From Amoebophrya sp. A120 (lineage: Eukaryota; Protista; Dinoflagellata): DNA of 64,000 bases. Numbering within the stretch: the stretch's first letter is position 1; each line of letters starts with the position of its first letter. The stretch is taken from NCBI GenBank assembly GCA_905178155.1, contig CAJINV010000035.1:1-64000 (forward strand). Direction: 5' to 3'. Position numbers and translations under genes: made by a program. Under the pieces are notes generated by a model, which saw nothing but the letters and a program-made list of their open reading frames with translations, was not told the origin of the DNA and searched no databases. This document shows positions 1 to 11,799 of this stretch, one piece after another.

Positions 1-477
1 TTTCCTTTGATTCTGCTTTACGCTTTTGCCCTTTTGGCCGTTTGGTTCTGTCGCCCCTTTCAGATTGATATCCACGACGGTGATAGCAATCGGACGGGCT
101 GCCGTTTTGTGGTCGTTTCTCGTTTCCTTTTCGCTGCTTCTGAAGCTTGCGCCGGACGCCCAGCCAATACACTAATCCGGCGCCGGGATGGCCTTCGTTT
201 CTGCCTTCTTTCCTTTGGTTCTGCTTCACGCTTTTGCCCTTTTGGCCGCTTGGCTCTGTCGCCCCTTTCAGACTGATCTCCACGATGGTGATAGCAATCT
301 GACGGGCTGCCGCTTTGTGGTCGCTTCGTGTCTCCTCTTCGCTGCGTCGGAAGCTCGCGCCAGACGGCCAGCCAATATACCGACCCATCGCCGTCATGGC
401 CTTCGTTTCTGCCCTTTTTCCTTCTGTTTTTCTCCACGCTTTTGCCCTTTCGGCTGCTTGGTTTTGTCGCCCCTTTG
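1..477. repeat. ~208-bp diverged tandem repeat (about 2.3 copies in window, may continue upstream)
   Basis: Unit tttccttt..cgcttttgcccttt..tgtcgccccttt restarts at 1, 209 and 417. The period is not a multiple of 3. Confidence 0.85.
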
Positions 478-1964
478 AGTTTGGTATCGTCGACGCTGAG
501 AGCAAACGGGCATCGTGCTTCCTCGGCGATCGGATCCGCCTTTTGCAACTTCAAGCGCCGCAAATGCGGTCTCGATGGATAAAATTTTTTGGACGGAAAG
601 AAGGTTGCGCTCCTGTTGCTCTTGTACGGTGTCGAGACGCCGTAGTGCTGCGTCCTGGTCACCGTAGTGCTGTGAACTGGTAGAAGTTCCACCGCGGTGC
701 TTATCGCTGGCGGCGTCGTCCGAACCCGCAGCTGCGGCGTCGTTGTTCTCGGTTCGGAGTTAGTTTCCAGCATGAAAAAACTCAAGTCGTCGGCGTTAGG
801 TCCCAGCAGCGCAATACCGTCAGCTTCAGCTGCTTCGGATTGTCCCGAGCGGAGTCAGCCCCTTCGACCAGCACGCGTCCCTCGTTCGCGCGCGCTGCGA
901 CACTCTTGTGACAATCTTCGAAAAAAATTTTCCGCTTTCGGACCGCAGAAGTTTTTCCTTGTTGTCGTCGGTGACCGCACTGAGTCCCGAACAGGTCGCA
1001 TACGTCGTTTCCGCCGCCACCGAGGCAAAAATACTCTGGCGCATTTTTGATCGTCAGACGGCCAGCGAGTCCATTCGTTCTGGCTCGCGTCCGGGAGTTG
1101 CCATCTGCCGGGCGCATATTTATCATTTGCTTTCTCATGTGCTTATCTGTATTTACGTGTGCTTGAGGACTCGGATCGACATCGAAGGCGTGCTTTCGGT
1201 AGGATTACGATGCAAATCAGCGGATTCTTGTTGTGCTGGCGCACTGGCTCATAACTCTGACGAAAACCGAGTTTCTAGAGTCGCTGGAGCACTATCCATA
1301 GTTCGGGCCAAAGCAATATGTTCCGACTCGTCCTGCGTAGTATGCTTCCATCTTGAGCAGACGGCTTAAACACGAATCAAGTTTGTCACGCGTGTTCACC
1401 CAAAATATCACGAATGTCTTGTGCTAGTGCAGAGAGGGTGTTTTCGTTTACACGTAAAAAGTAACTAACGAATCCCAAAAAAACGACATGCACGAAGATG
1501 ATGCGACACTTGCTGTGCGACAGGAAGAGGTGGAGTACTGCATACCGACAAGTCACGACACAAACGAGGAAATCAATGACCGATCATGAAGAAAATGTGG
1601 GAACAGTCGGCTCACAAAAATTTTCGCAGCTCCTCATCGGTAAGACAACAATTCCAGATGTGTATCACAAAGCGTCTACTTTTCTATACTTCGCTACATT
1701 TCCTGACATCATCTATTCCGGAGACAATTCGTTGTAGCTCGTTACGCTTTGCACTCGCGAAGCGGTCATCTGGTGGATGCCCGAAGACCAAGGGATAGAC
1801 ATCGAATGAATTTCGACGCTGATTGAACGATAAAAAACTATCTTGAGAAGACTACAGGTAAGTAGCCGGCTAGATGAGTCTCCACAGACGTTTTCACGCC
1901 AAAAATTCAGCGGCTCAGCAACCTCTTGCTTCAAGCTGTGTCTGGCCTGGGACTGCATGATCTT

Positions 1965-4900
1965 CTACCGCATAGCTGCATCTGGCTCTTCGGGTTTCCC
2001 ACAGAAAAGTACGCCGCTACCAGAAAAGGATCAAATTTATGTTGCCCAGTTACCAGCACTGCATCAACAAAAGTCTGCAAAAATGCGGAGACCGCAAGAG
2101 ACACACTGCTTTGTCGTGGAGAAAATATATCCAGCTTTTTGCTGCACTACGGCAGGCGAGGGGTTAGAGATGTAAGCGAAAAAGTTTGTCATGTCGAACA
2201 GCCCAGGCGACGCTCCTTTTTTACTCAAGTGCCAATAGCCTGATCTTTTTTTCTGGCATGGGTGTGCCTTTTGTGTAAGATATGCGGGAGCAAAAACTCC
2301 TGCTGCTGCGGTCCTGCTTGGGCGGGTGGAGCGGGAGGTGCAGCGGGGTCGCGAAACGGCAGTCTCTGTTGCTTATTCAAATTCGTCCTCTTCATCTATG
2401 AGGGTGCGCAACTACTCCGCCTTCCAGCAATGACATAAACAGCAGCAAAAGCCTAAGCCCCACCAAGAACAGTACAGGCTTTGCATGACCATGAGTCAAA
2501 TCGACACAAGGCTTTTTTTGCTAGTGGGGATTCCAAAGTAGCACCTCCGATTTGGTACTGATTTTGCATGACAAATAAGTTGGTGCAGGAGGGGCGGTTA
2601 CGCACTCTCATATCATTGTGCCGGGGAAGTAAAAATTCTGGTTCTCTTCGTCCTGGTCAGTATGGATTGCAAATATGTCTGGGGTTCTTCGAATAGTGAA
2701 AGACCTGCCAAGCTGATCTGCCATGCTCCTGATCTACTCTGGTATGCACATTGCTGTGTAAAAATAGCTGGAGACAGGTGGTCCTTTGTCATGCAAAAAC
2801 GTGCCAGCTTTTGGTGCATCTACGCACTGGACACTGCGTTACCGCTCCAACAGCTACATAAAAAATAACTCTGGACTCAGTGATATTAGTCATTCACACG
2901 AACTGCACTCGTTGCACGACTACTTTTCCCGAGGACTCCGACATGTTTGCACTAGGTAGTCGGACTCCTGCCACCACCCCTCGTACACCGATTCGGCATC
3001 ATCGTCGACCGCGCCTCCCTCCTCCTCGGGCACTGCCACCGCGTCGACCGGTGCTGGGGCGCCTGCTATGGAGTTCTCACACGTGTTGACAGTGTCAGCC
3101 GTGACATCACGACGAGCAATTTGTGCTGTGAGAATGGCAAAAGTGTCGAAAAAGTCTGCTCGTCTTGAGCCTACAAATTCAAATTTGACCAACGGATAAT
3201 TATACTTGTCTCCACGCCGGGACTGAGCAGCGCTGCGAGAATTTGAATTTGTCATGCGAATAAATAGCTTGATGGTCGTGTTGTTGAGTGATGGCAATTT
3301 TGCATCAGTGCAAATCATGTACCGCGTGAGAACTCCATAGCTGCGACATCGCTGTTCTCATGGACGCTATCTTCGCGCTCACCGTCTTCTTGCTCCACAC
3401 CATCCTGTATGCATTGCAAATATGTCTGGGCGGTCGGGAAAGTTCGAACTTGTCGTGCCCAGTTTCTATTCCTGTGAACAATCTGTATTGCATGACCAAC
3501 ATAATAAACTCGTAGCCTCCTGTTTTATCGTACGAAGCCGCACCTTCATCTGCGGACTGCGTATGACAAAGGCAAACCGTTCTGCAAGCTCGTCATGCTC
3601 GACTTCTGCATGCGGGAAGGGGTGCTGTTTATCATCCGCAATTCAGCATCACATCTTTCCCGACGCAGACATATTTGCAGTCCTTATCCTGTTCCGCGCT
3701 CTGCTCGAACTCCGACATTTCGTAGAAGTATGAAAGTGCGCAACCCCACCTCTTCCCCGGCATCTGTAATGCAAAATACAAACCCCACATGTTGACAACT
3801 TTAAGCATTGTCTGCATGAGAAATTTTGGAACCTAACACAGTACTAGAATCCGTTTGCAGATTTGTCATGCGGAACAAGTCCCTTTTTCACTCTTATTGT
3901 GTGTGCTGCTGTTGATACATGCTACACAAATGAGAAGAAGGAAGAGTTGTGCACTCTCATACGAAGTTGTCGTTCATTACGAGTGGACCGTCCTCCAAGA
4001 CTTGCTCCGTCTCTTCGTGTATCAACTGCAACTATGCCTGGATCTGAAAGATATAGTGAACGTCTGTAATGCACATTTTTCATGACCGATTATAATGCCT
4101 GTGATGATATACAACCTAGCACCACAGATTTTCGTCTTATTTTGAGGGCTTCTCACCAAATGCCTATTCCGCATGAGAACAAATGCCCATAACTCCTCGC
4201 AGCTAGTATAAGCGACTGGACTCCTGTTTTCTTGCTGCTCATGCAATACAGATTCTGTTTAGCATCCGAAACGCGCATCACAAGTTGCAGGCGTCCAGAC
4301 CTAGACAAAATTGCGACGCATATCCTCGTCGTCCTCGTCTTCCTCGTCCAACACGTTCCGTTTTTTCATGGCTATGGCTTGATCAATTGCTACAGTCTCA
4401 AGCGCTACAATCGCAATTTCGATTTTGTGTTGCGTGAGCAGAGCATGACCAACGTAGTACACAATCTTGGCCGTTAACGTTATTTCACCGGGGATTATGA
4501 ATTCACAGGGGGGCGGCAGCTAGGGAGCTTGTCATGCGCAAATCCTCCGTCGAAGCACGCTAGATGATTATGCACTTTCTGCATGTTATACAGATTTCTG
4601 CTTGCAGCTTTCCGCTTCTGTTGTAACGCTTGAGACTGCAGAGTACACCTGAGCAGGTCATATTCTTCTTCTTCTTTTTCTTCTTAGTCCTCGGCCAGCC
4701 CGCCCACACTTTCTGGTTGCGCTCGTGGAGCAGCTGCCCGTATTTCGCAGCCTGCTTTTTCTCCTCTGTTATCATGAGCAAAAGTCCCCCCTCCCCATAG
4801 TGAAGCAATCTGCTTCATCCCCTGAAGATAGAAACGCGGCTCTGATTTGATGTGGCCACCACTCGCGACGGTCTTGCAACAAGGCAAATGCGCGAGAGCC

Positions 4901-7900
4901 GAGTAAGGATCTGCCTGGTGATGTGTTGCTGTTGGTCGCAAGCTGCAATACCGACGCGACCTATGGGGCACGCACATCCCCCCGTGGCACAGATTTCTAT
5001 CGGAGCAGAGGGAGGCAGAGGGGGGGAGATTTCTCCTGATATCCGTGTCGTTTTTCAGGTTTGCCGGAGCATCCCCCAGGTGCGGGCGGAGGTAGATCGT
5101 GTCCTCTTCCGCTGTTCCCCAGCAGAACTTGTCCCGCCATTGCTGTTTCGACAGCGCGGCCAGCTTGTCGCTGAAGAGCAACTTCTTCTCTGGGTCCAGA
5201 TCATTGAGCATCTGTTTCGTGCAGTGCGGAACGAGGTGGCGGTCTGCTGCGGGAGCGGCCGGCCCAGCACCGTTACGATCGCTGTCGGATGAGCCTATCC
5301 TGTGGAAAAACGTCCCAGCCCCAGAATCAAGATGGAGAATTTGCAAGACAAATCAGCAAGCTTTGGCTGTTGGGCATGACAAGTTTGGCCTCGTAGAAGT
5401 GTAATCCTGTTATAGCTATTTCAGCAGCATCACAGATTTAGCACATGATGCTGATTGGAGCATGACAAATTCCGAGACGCAACTAGAAAATGCTTCTCAT
5501 GGGGCTCAGCACAAGAGACATTCTCACCCTGCGAATTCGCATGACAACTCTGGGCTGGGGACGTTTTTCCACGGGATAGCGTCGTCGCTTGGTTCATCTT
5601 GTCGCCCCAGTATACCGCGGAGAATTTCTTTCTTGTGCAGCGAAATGTTGACAGAGCCACTGCAGGTCGGCGCCGCAAAGACGGCAAAGGTGGACCTTCC
5701 TGTGCTCGCGAAAATCGCATGGTCCTTCCTGTTGGTGTCGTCGAATATGCATAGTGCAAATATGTCCTCTGGGTCTCCTGGAAAGATGTAGCTCGTCATG
5801 ATGAGAAGTCTCGATGATCATAGAAAAAAAAATTGTGTTTCATCTCCAAGAGCTAATGTCCTGTTGCTGGTAAGGAGTAAGTGGGGTTCTCATGCGGAAT
5901 AAGCATCAAGCAGGCCGCACAAAATGAATCTGTGGTGCTCCCTCTGTGAGCATCAGCATTCCAGATCACCTGCGTGGTCTGCGAGAAGATGCATGACAAA
6001 TTTCATCCAGGCCGACCCGGACATTTTTGCATTTGATATGGAGAAATGGCTCTGCCTCCCAGTCAAATACACCGGCCGCTGCTTTTCGTGTCCCGTCGGG
6101 AAGTACGAGGACCACGACCAGGCTGGACGTCTTCAGGTACGCTGCTTTGGGGTGTTTGCGCACCGTTCCGGGAACCGTCGGAAAAGTGGACCAGTACTGC
6201 AGAATCGCGTCCGAGAGCATCCCGTCGAGGTTATGACCTGCTCAAACGTTACAATCTCAAACGTTACAATAGAATTTGGAAATCTGTGATGCAAGAAGTG
6301 CATGATCTAGCCAACTCTCATAGGATTGCGCATGACAAGTTCTGGAGTCCCAATCCGCACTACAATCTGGCGAAATTTGTATTGCAGAAAGTGGAATGCT
6401 GTCCGACTCTGTCATGTTCATCATGCAAGACGAAATCCAGATTCTATTGTAACGTTTGAGATTGTAACGTTTGAACAGGTCATAGAGGTTCGCGATACTT
6501 TCTCCGTTCACCAGCAGGGGGTTTGCGTCGTCAGCTATGCCCGCCGGAACCAGGGTTTCGATGGTTTTATCGCTCGCCGGGGACACCTTGAACACGCAGA
6601 GCTTCGCGGCCACCGAATCTTCCGGGCGTATATCAAAGGAAAATACGTGTCGGTCTGGAAGCTTGTGACGCTGGGTGGAGGCGATAATGATTGACCCTGC
6701 CAAGCAGAAGCATGACAAATTTTTACAACACTTCCCAATGCGTGATGCGCATTTGAGACAAGTAGAAATGCGTTTTTGCATCACAACGCCGTTCTTTGTT
6801 GGTCATGCAATATGAAAGATTTATTTACAACTCCAGATGGTGCAGCGGCATCACTTTTCAAGACCTAGACACATTTGCAGTCGATAGTCCAAAGCGTCGT
6901 ACCACCGCAAAATTTATGCATTGCAAATATGTCTTCAAGATCTGGATTTGACATGCAAGATTTCGAGGCCAACAGCATGATCTGAATCTGTGACGCATGA
7001 TAAATACATCAAGTCATAGGCTTTTTCGTCGTGCTACAACCCAATTTGTCATGCGTTTCAGGAATGTCTTCGAGCACAGACATATGTGCACTTCGTAACA
7101 CCTGCTCCCGCATCGCAGTAATCGGCATGATGTCGCTGATATGCACTGCAAACATATTTGGGTCCTCTGGAAATTTCTGATGCTCAAATGTGCATGATGA
7201 CAACACTGCCTTGTTATGCAGGAAAACATGACAGAGACAAGTTTGCAGAACGCCCTCTCATACGGACTTCGCATGAGGGAGTGCGTTTTTGCATAAGAAA
7301 GGAAGCTGCTCGCTTGCAGCACATGCAAGACAGATTTTCCGGGAATGCAAGACAAGCATGACGAGCTCCACCTTTCCAGACCCGGACACCTCTGCATGTG
7401 ATAGTTGACCACGTGGAAATCTTCATCCGCCATCACGTCGGTAACGTCGAGGTATCCTGAAGAAACACGTCCCGACCCCAAAATTGTCACGCAGACTCGC
7501 ATCTGCTGTACTTGCACTTCCAAAGCGGCACTCGCATTTATGCACACTTCCAGGATGCAAGACATCATCTGTAGTCGTGGTCTGAGTAACTTGTCAAGAT
7601 AAGGAAGCGGCTTTGCTGTGCTGCTCTCCTCGCAGGCCTGCACGACTGCACAAAATCCCGCCGAGCTACCTTCTGGATTTGTGTTGGAGAGTGCAGCCCA
7701 GCCGGTTGGCTAGGAGGTGGGGATGTTTTTCCTCAGGGTAGCCGCCGCTCGTTCAATATGCGGGGGATGCTCTGGGCCATGTCCGCGATTTCGATGCCGG
7801 TCGTGCCAAAGAGCGCGACGGCTGTGGCGAGCGTGAAGGAATCGCGCCCCGAGTGGTCTGTGCCGCCCGTACACGCGTCCCCCGCCGTCACGGGTACCGC

Positions 7901-10900
7901 GGCGATGTGCTCGCCTTCGTTACGTTGCAGCAGCGCAACGAGCGTCCCCGCCCTTCTGTTTGCCCGCGGAATCGAATGCTGTTGCAACCCCGGCTGGAGC
8001 CACGGCGGGAAGTTGGTCCATGGGTTCAGAAGATTGTTCTGGTCGTACTTCACTTCCAGGAAATGCAAGTTTTTGCGATTGGTCAAAAAATTCATATCGA
8101 TGCGCCGCCCGTCATATCGAATGCAAATGTGTCTGGGTAGCGGTCTGGGAAGCTGCAGGAGTCTGTCATGCAGCTTTTCCACTGTCAGTGAGCTCGGCAA
8201 TGCGGAGCGTAGCATCACAAGATCTGAGACCTACCCCCTCCTGCATGTTGGGGACGCCCGCTCAACATAAAACGAAAGTGGGTAGCTTTTGGTAGAAATT
8301 CTTCATGCAATCGCAACTAGACATACACAAATTTGTGATAGATCTAAGGACAAGCCGCATCACAAGTTTGCACGTTCCCCGACCCAGATACATTTTTTGC
8401 AGCGAGTATCTTCACCACCTCCACTGTCGGAATCGACGGTCCTGGAAACTCGTGGTATCGACCAGAAAAGTACACCCATATTTTCAGATGAAGAAACTCT
8501 TCCTCTGATCAAGAATCGATCTCCGACAGTGCATACATCCGCTTTATTGCTGCATGACAGGTCTCCGCCGCTCTGGCGGATCACCATCACAGAGGAAGGC
8601 TCCACGTTGCGCCAGCAGTGACAGCTGTGAAAGTTTCTTTCTCTTCTGGTAATATGGGCGTGCTTTGTTTTATCTCTCGGATACGTAACCGTCTTGGGGC
8701 GTTCGCAGGAGGTCGTGTGCAGCACCAGCGGGGTCCAAGTCCAGCACGGCGAGCCTGCCCTCCCCCATCTGTTGCAGCCAAGCCCAGACTATGCATCGCG
8801 AATATGTCTGGGGCTGGAAATTTCAATTTGTGATGCTAGTTTGCGGCGAACCATAAGCAGCCTACAATATAAGTAGACACGCGCATGACAAGCTTCTGAG
8901 CGACTTGGTCTTGCGTAGACTGCATGACAAACTGTTTTTTTTTTTATTTTGCATCACAAAAGCATAGCTTGCTGGTAGCGTAATACTATGCATGACAGAT
9001 CTTTCTCTTTGTCTTTTGTCAGCAGAGCATATACAAATCTTGCGATCTTCCAGACCAGACATATTTGCACTTGATACAGATTTGCTGTTTCCAGGCGTTT
9101 ATCGGAACCGGTGCAGTCGCGAAGGCCACTTTCCCCGCCTGGTTGACGGATTGCTGCGATTTCATTTGTTCCGTCAGGAGCTCCTGCCGTATCAGTTCCT
9201 TGTCCTCCTCGAGCTTCTCAGCCCTCTGCTCGAGCTGTGAGCGCTGCTCGTAGAGATTGTCATAAGCGTTACGCTTCGCTACCAGCTCGCCCTGCAGCCT
9301 TTCGTTCGCGGCGCTCATCGCGTCGTTCTCGGCTCTCCTCGCGAGCAACTGCGCTATTGTGAGAACAGTCTCTCTACCCCATACTCAAAAGCGAGTCTCG
9401 GAGTGCTGTTTTCGTGACGAACTAACTTTATTCTATTGCTTCTGGTAATGAATAGCGGGGTGAGGGTAGTCGACGTATAATATTTACAAACAGAGGAAGG
9501 GGTGCAGCGGTCGTCAAGAATTACTTATGTTCCTCATGCTCGGAACCATAAAAACGTATACTCATATATACGAACAACTTTGTCGACAGAAATAGAAATT
9601 CGAGGGCCCTGCTGTAGGTAACACCCGGGCACGACCATTATTTGCGTTTATACAAATCAACACCACAGCTTCTGGCCCTCGTTTTGAGTATGGGGCGGGG
9701 AGATCCTCATTGCCATACCGGCTTCCTGCTGTTCGTTGCGGGTTGTGAGCTGCGCCACCTGCTGTACTAAATCTGCAGCGGCCTCGTGGTCCGGTTCCGC
9801 GATGATGTTGTAGAGCTGCGCCGTTTATCAAATGCAGAAGTGTCTGAGTCTGGAAACTTGTGATGCTGGGTGGCGTATCATGATGAGGCCGCAAGTGCTG
9901 GCCCAGCATGACAAGTTTGTGAGCTTCTAGGTGTTGCCTATTGTCCATGACGAACTGCGTTTCTGCATGCCAGAAAAATAAAGCTCTTGGGCAACGTGCG
10001 TGACAGATTCAAGAGTCATGCCAGACAAGCATGACAAACATGCATTCTTCCAGACCCAGACACTTTTGCACTTGATACCATTGTGCTCGCGAAGAACGTT
10101 ATCTCGGGCACCGACGAGGACAGTGGGTACGTCTCCGACAACGCCGGGGATGATGCGCCCGAGTGCACAAAGGTAAATGTTGCCGCTTCGCTTTCCGGGA
10201 CCAGCAGTTTTGCCACGTGCTTCACGGAGCCGTGCCGGTGTCGGAGGACCGCGATAACGGTGGTCTGGCCGGCTAGTCGCAAGAAGTTCTTGCCGGCTCG
10301 TTCCAAGTAGTACGTGAGCTTCTGCTTTATCATTTCTTCCGGCGCCGCGTCCTTCACGAGGTCCGGGTTGTTCTGCAATCGTCCGTATGCATTGCAAAAG
10401 TAAAAGCATCGTACTAGTTCTAGTATGAATTGCATTACAAATTACCTAAGCAAGACAAATGAAATTCGTCATGCTAAATTACCTTGGGATGGAGATTTGT
10501 AATGCATAATTGCAATGACTACGAATGCGATACTTTTGCACAGGATAGTTCGAGACGCGGGCAGTCAGGATTTTCTGGGTGGAAGCGATAGTCTGACGCC
10601 AGGTCCTGAATCTTCTTCACGTCCAACAGCGGAACCTTCTTAGGCTCCGCCGGCGGGTCCCCGGGCATGGGGTTTTCTCCTTCTGGCCACGTGAGGAGGT
10701 CGCACACCTCTCCGCGGGAGTTGCTGACTTGCAGCATGACGAGCATGATGTCGAGGTTCCAGTCCCACTTTGCCTCCGCGTTTGCGGCCTTGATCGAATT
10801 CCACGAGCGCAGCGTCTCCACCCTCAACTCCTCTACCCAACTATGCTGTGCAAAAGCATCGCACTCGTAGTAATCGCAGTCATGCATTACAAATCTCCAT

Positions 10901-11165
10901 CGCCATCCCAAGGTAAAAGAGCATGACAAATTCCATTTGTGACGCTGAGCTAATTTGTATTGCAAGTACTACTAGTACGATACTTTTGCAGTTCGTACCA
11001 ACGACGGAGCTGTAATTCAAAAGCGCGGGCAGCTGGCAGAGTAGACGACCCGAACTGGTCCACGGCCTCGGCCGGATGTAGGCGTAGCGCTGTTTTGCAG
11101 GTCGCGGAAGGAGCGGAAGCGGCGGGTCGCGGAACCGGCGCCACTTCTTCGTTTTCCTCTTCCAT
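1965..11165 (-). CDS. Unknown protein of about 1000 aa (acidic and Lys-rich low-complexity C-terminal half), interrupted by about 23 non-canonical TIR introns
   Basis: Removing each element plus 5 nt joins ORF pieces 10950-11198, 10519-10965, 10016-10435, 9019-9348, 7733-8218, 5966-6220, 4684-5346 and others into one frame (e.g. LRRW|VEEL, CPRLE|RLQN, EAG|LLARR). The start (MEEENEE, 11165) and the 3' end are approximate. Confidence 0.7.
2397..2612. mobile_element. IR introner, family E
   Basis: TATGAGGGTGCGCAAC...GTTACGCACTCTCATA; TSD tcatc/tcatt. Confidence 0.8.
2661..2958. mobile_element. IR introner, diverged family A
   Basis: TATGGATTGCAAATATGTC...GACATGTTTGCACTAGGTA; TSD gtcag/gtcgg. 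Confidence 0.75.
3067..3339. mobile_element. IR introner, family C
   Basis: TATGGAGTTCTCAC...GTGAGAACTCCATA; TSD cctgc/gctgc. Confidence 0.8.
3408..3686. mobile_element. IR introner, family A
   Basis: TATGCATTGCAAATATGTCTG...CAGACATATTTGCAGTCCTTA; perfect TSD tcctg. Confidence 0.85.
3729..3961. mobile_element. IR introner, family E
   Basis: TATGAAAGTGCGCAAC...GTTGTGCACTCTCATA; TSD agaag/cgaag. Confidence 0.8.
4020..4322. mobile_element. IR introner, diverged family A
   Basis: TATCAACTGCAAC..GGATCTGAA...CCAGACCTAGAC..GCATA; TSD decayed, frame restored by +5 removal. Confidence 0.7.
4373..4662. mobile_element. IR introner, family C
   Basis: TATGGC..CAGTCTCAAGCGCTACAA...TTGTAACGCTTGAGACTG..GGTCATA; frame restored. 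Confidence 0.7.
4770..5041. mobile_element. IR introner, family D
   Basis: TATCATGAGCAAAAGTCCCCCCTC...GAGGGGGGGAGATTTCTCCTGATA; TSD tctgt/tccgt. Confidence 0.75.
5296..5578. mobile_element. IR introner, family F
   Basis: TATCCTGTGGAAAAACGTCCCAGCCC...GGGCTGGGGACGTTTTTCCACGGGATA. Confidence 0.85.
5746..6038. mobile_element. IR introner, family A
   Basis: TATGCATAGTGCAAATATGTCC...GGACATTTTTGCATTTGATA; frame restored. Confidence 0.75.
6232..6484. mobile_element. IR introner, family C
   Basis: Near-perfect TIR of about 40 bp TATGACCTGCTCAAACGTTACAATCTCAAACGTTACAATAGAAT; perfect TSD gaggt. Confidence 0.92.
6631..7403. mobile_element. Three family A introners (6631-6886, 6915-7097, 7140-7403) separated by 28- and 42-nt exons
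   Basis: TAT...ATA/GTA ends with TGCAAA and GTCT-type TIRs. Joins give VN|DIMPITAMREQV|LRWYDALD|PEDSV. Confidence 0.75.
7453..7740. mobile_element. IR introner, family F
   Basis: TATCCTGAAGAAACACGTCCC...GGGGATGTTTTTCCTCAGGGTA; removal +5 joins ERR|HVTDV. Confidence 0.7.
8115..9076. mobile_element. Three introners: A 8115-8408, G 8456-8683, A 8790-9076
   Basis: TAT-bounded TIRs; TSDs cgtgg/cgtaa and cagac/cagat; frame restored across all three. Confidence 0.75.
9355..9717. mobile_element. IR introner, family D-like
   Basis: Subterminal IR ccccatactcaaaa/ttttgagtatgggg; TAT...ATA; +5 removal gives EAG|LLARR. Confidence 0.7.
9826..10077. mobile_element. IR introner, family A (252-bp subfamily, cf. 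30602 and 36691)
   Basis: TATCAAATGCAGAAGTGTCTGAGTCTGGAA...TTCCAGACCCAGACACTTTTGCACTTGATA; TSD ccgtt/ccatt. Confidence 0.9.
10386..10547. mobile_element. IR introner, family B
   Basis: TATGCATTGCAAAAG...CGATACTTTTGCACAGGATA; TSD gtccg/gttcg. Confidence 0.88.
10842..10997. mobile_element. IR introner, family B, opposite orientation to the 10386 copy
   Basis: TATGCTGTGCAAAAGCATCG...CGATACTTTTGCAGTTCGTA; perfect TSD ccaac. Confidence 0.88.
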
Positions 11166-11186
11166 CGAAGACTTGCGACGTTTTTG

Positions 11187-11478
11187 TATGCATTGCAAAT
11201 ATGTCCTCTGGGTCTAGAACAGATGCAACTTGTCATACAACTGCGGCTGCATCTTCCAAAAATCTGTGTTGCTGCCCGATTGCCAAAAGTTGTCCACTTC
11301 TGACCAGGCACAGAGGCAGCCTCTCATGCAGGAGAGGCACAATAGAGATATCAGTCTCACACTCACAGAATCGGTCATGCTGTTGGCCCGGCATGCGCAT
11401 GCCAGACGCTCTGGGTCATGCAAGTTTTGCATGGCAAGTCGCCTCTTCCTCCAGACCCAAACGTATTTGCATTTGATA
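11187..11478. mobile_element. IR introner, family A (probably in the 5' UTR)
   Basis: TATGCATTGCAAATATGTC...CGTATTTGCATTTGATA; TSD ttttg/ttctg. Confidence 0.8.
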
Positions 11479-11799
11479 TTCTGTACCGGGGAGCATCGAG
11501 GCCCCTCCCCCTCTGGATCTGTGTTGCGTTTTCGGTGAAGAATGAGGAATGAATGTCGAGACTAGTAGAAGTCCATGCGTTTTGCACAAAAGCTTCTCGC
11601 CATATTTCTGTGGCTAAGAAAAGGAAATCATGGCGCGCTTGCGTCTGGAACTGAAAGAAAGAACCCACATGCATGCGAGATGAGTAGAAGTAACTCGGAA
11701 GGCCAAAACTCACAAAACCATCTTGAGTACCTGCACCATCGACCGTGGGGCTACTCATTGCTCTTGAGCCAAGGGGTTTTGTCGTGGTGAGGTAGAAGA

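Noticed and set aside
60-785. 241-aa minus-strand ORF as a real gene
   Set aside because: It runs through a 208-bp repeat, changing frame each unit, and has no recognisable domain.
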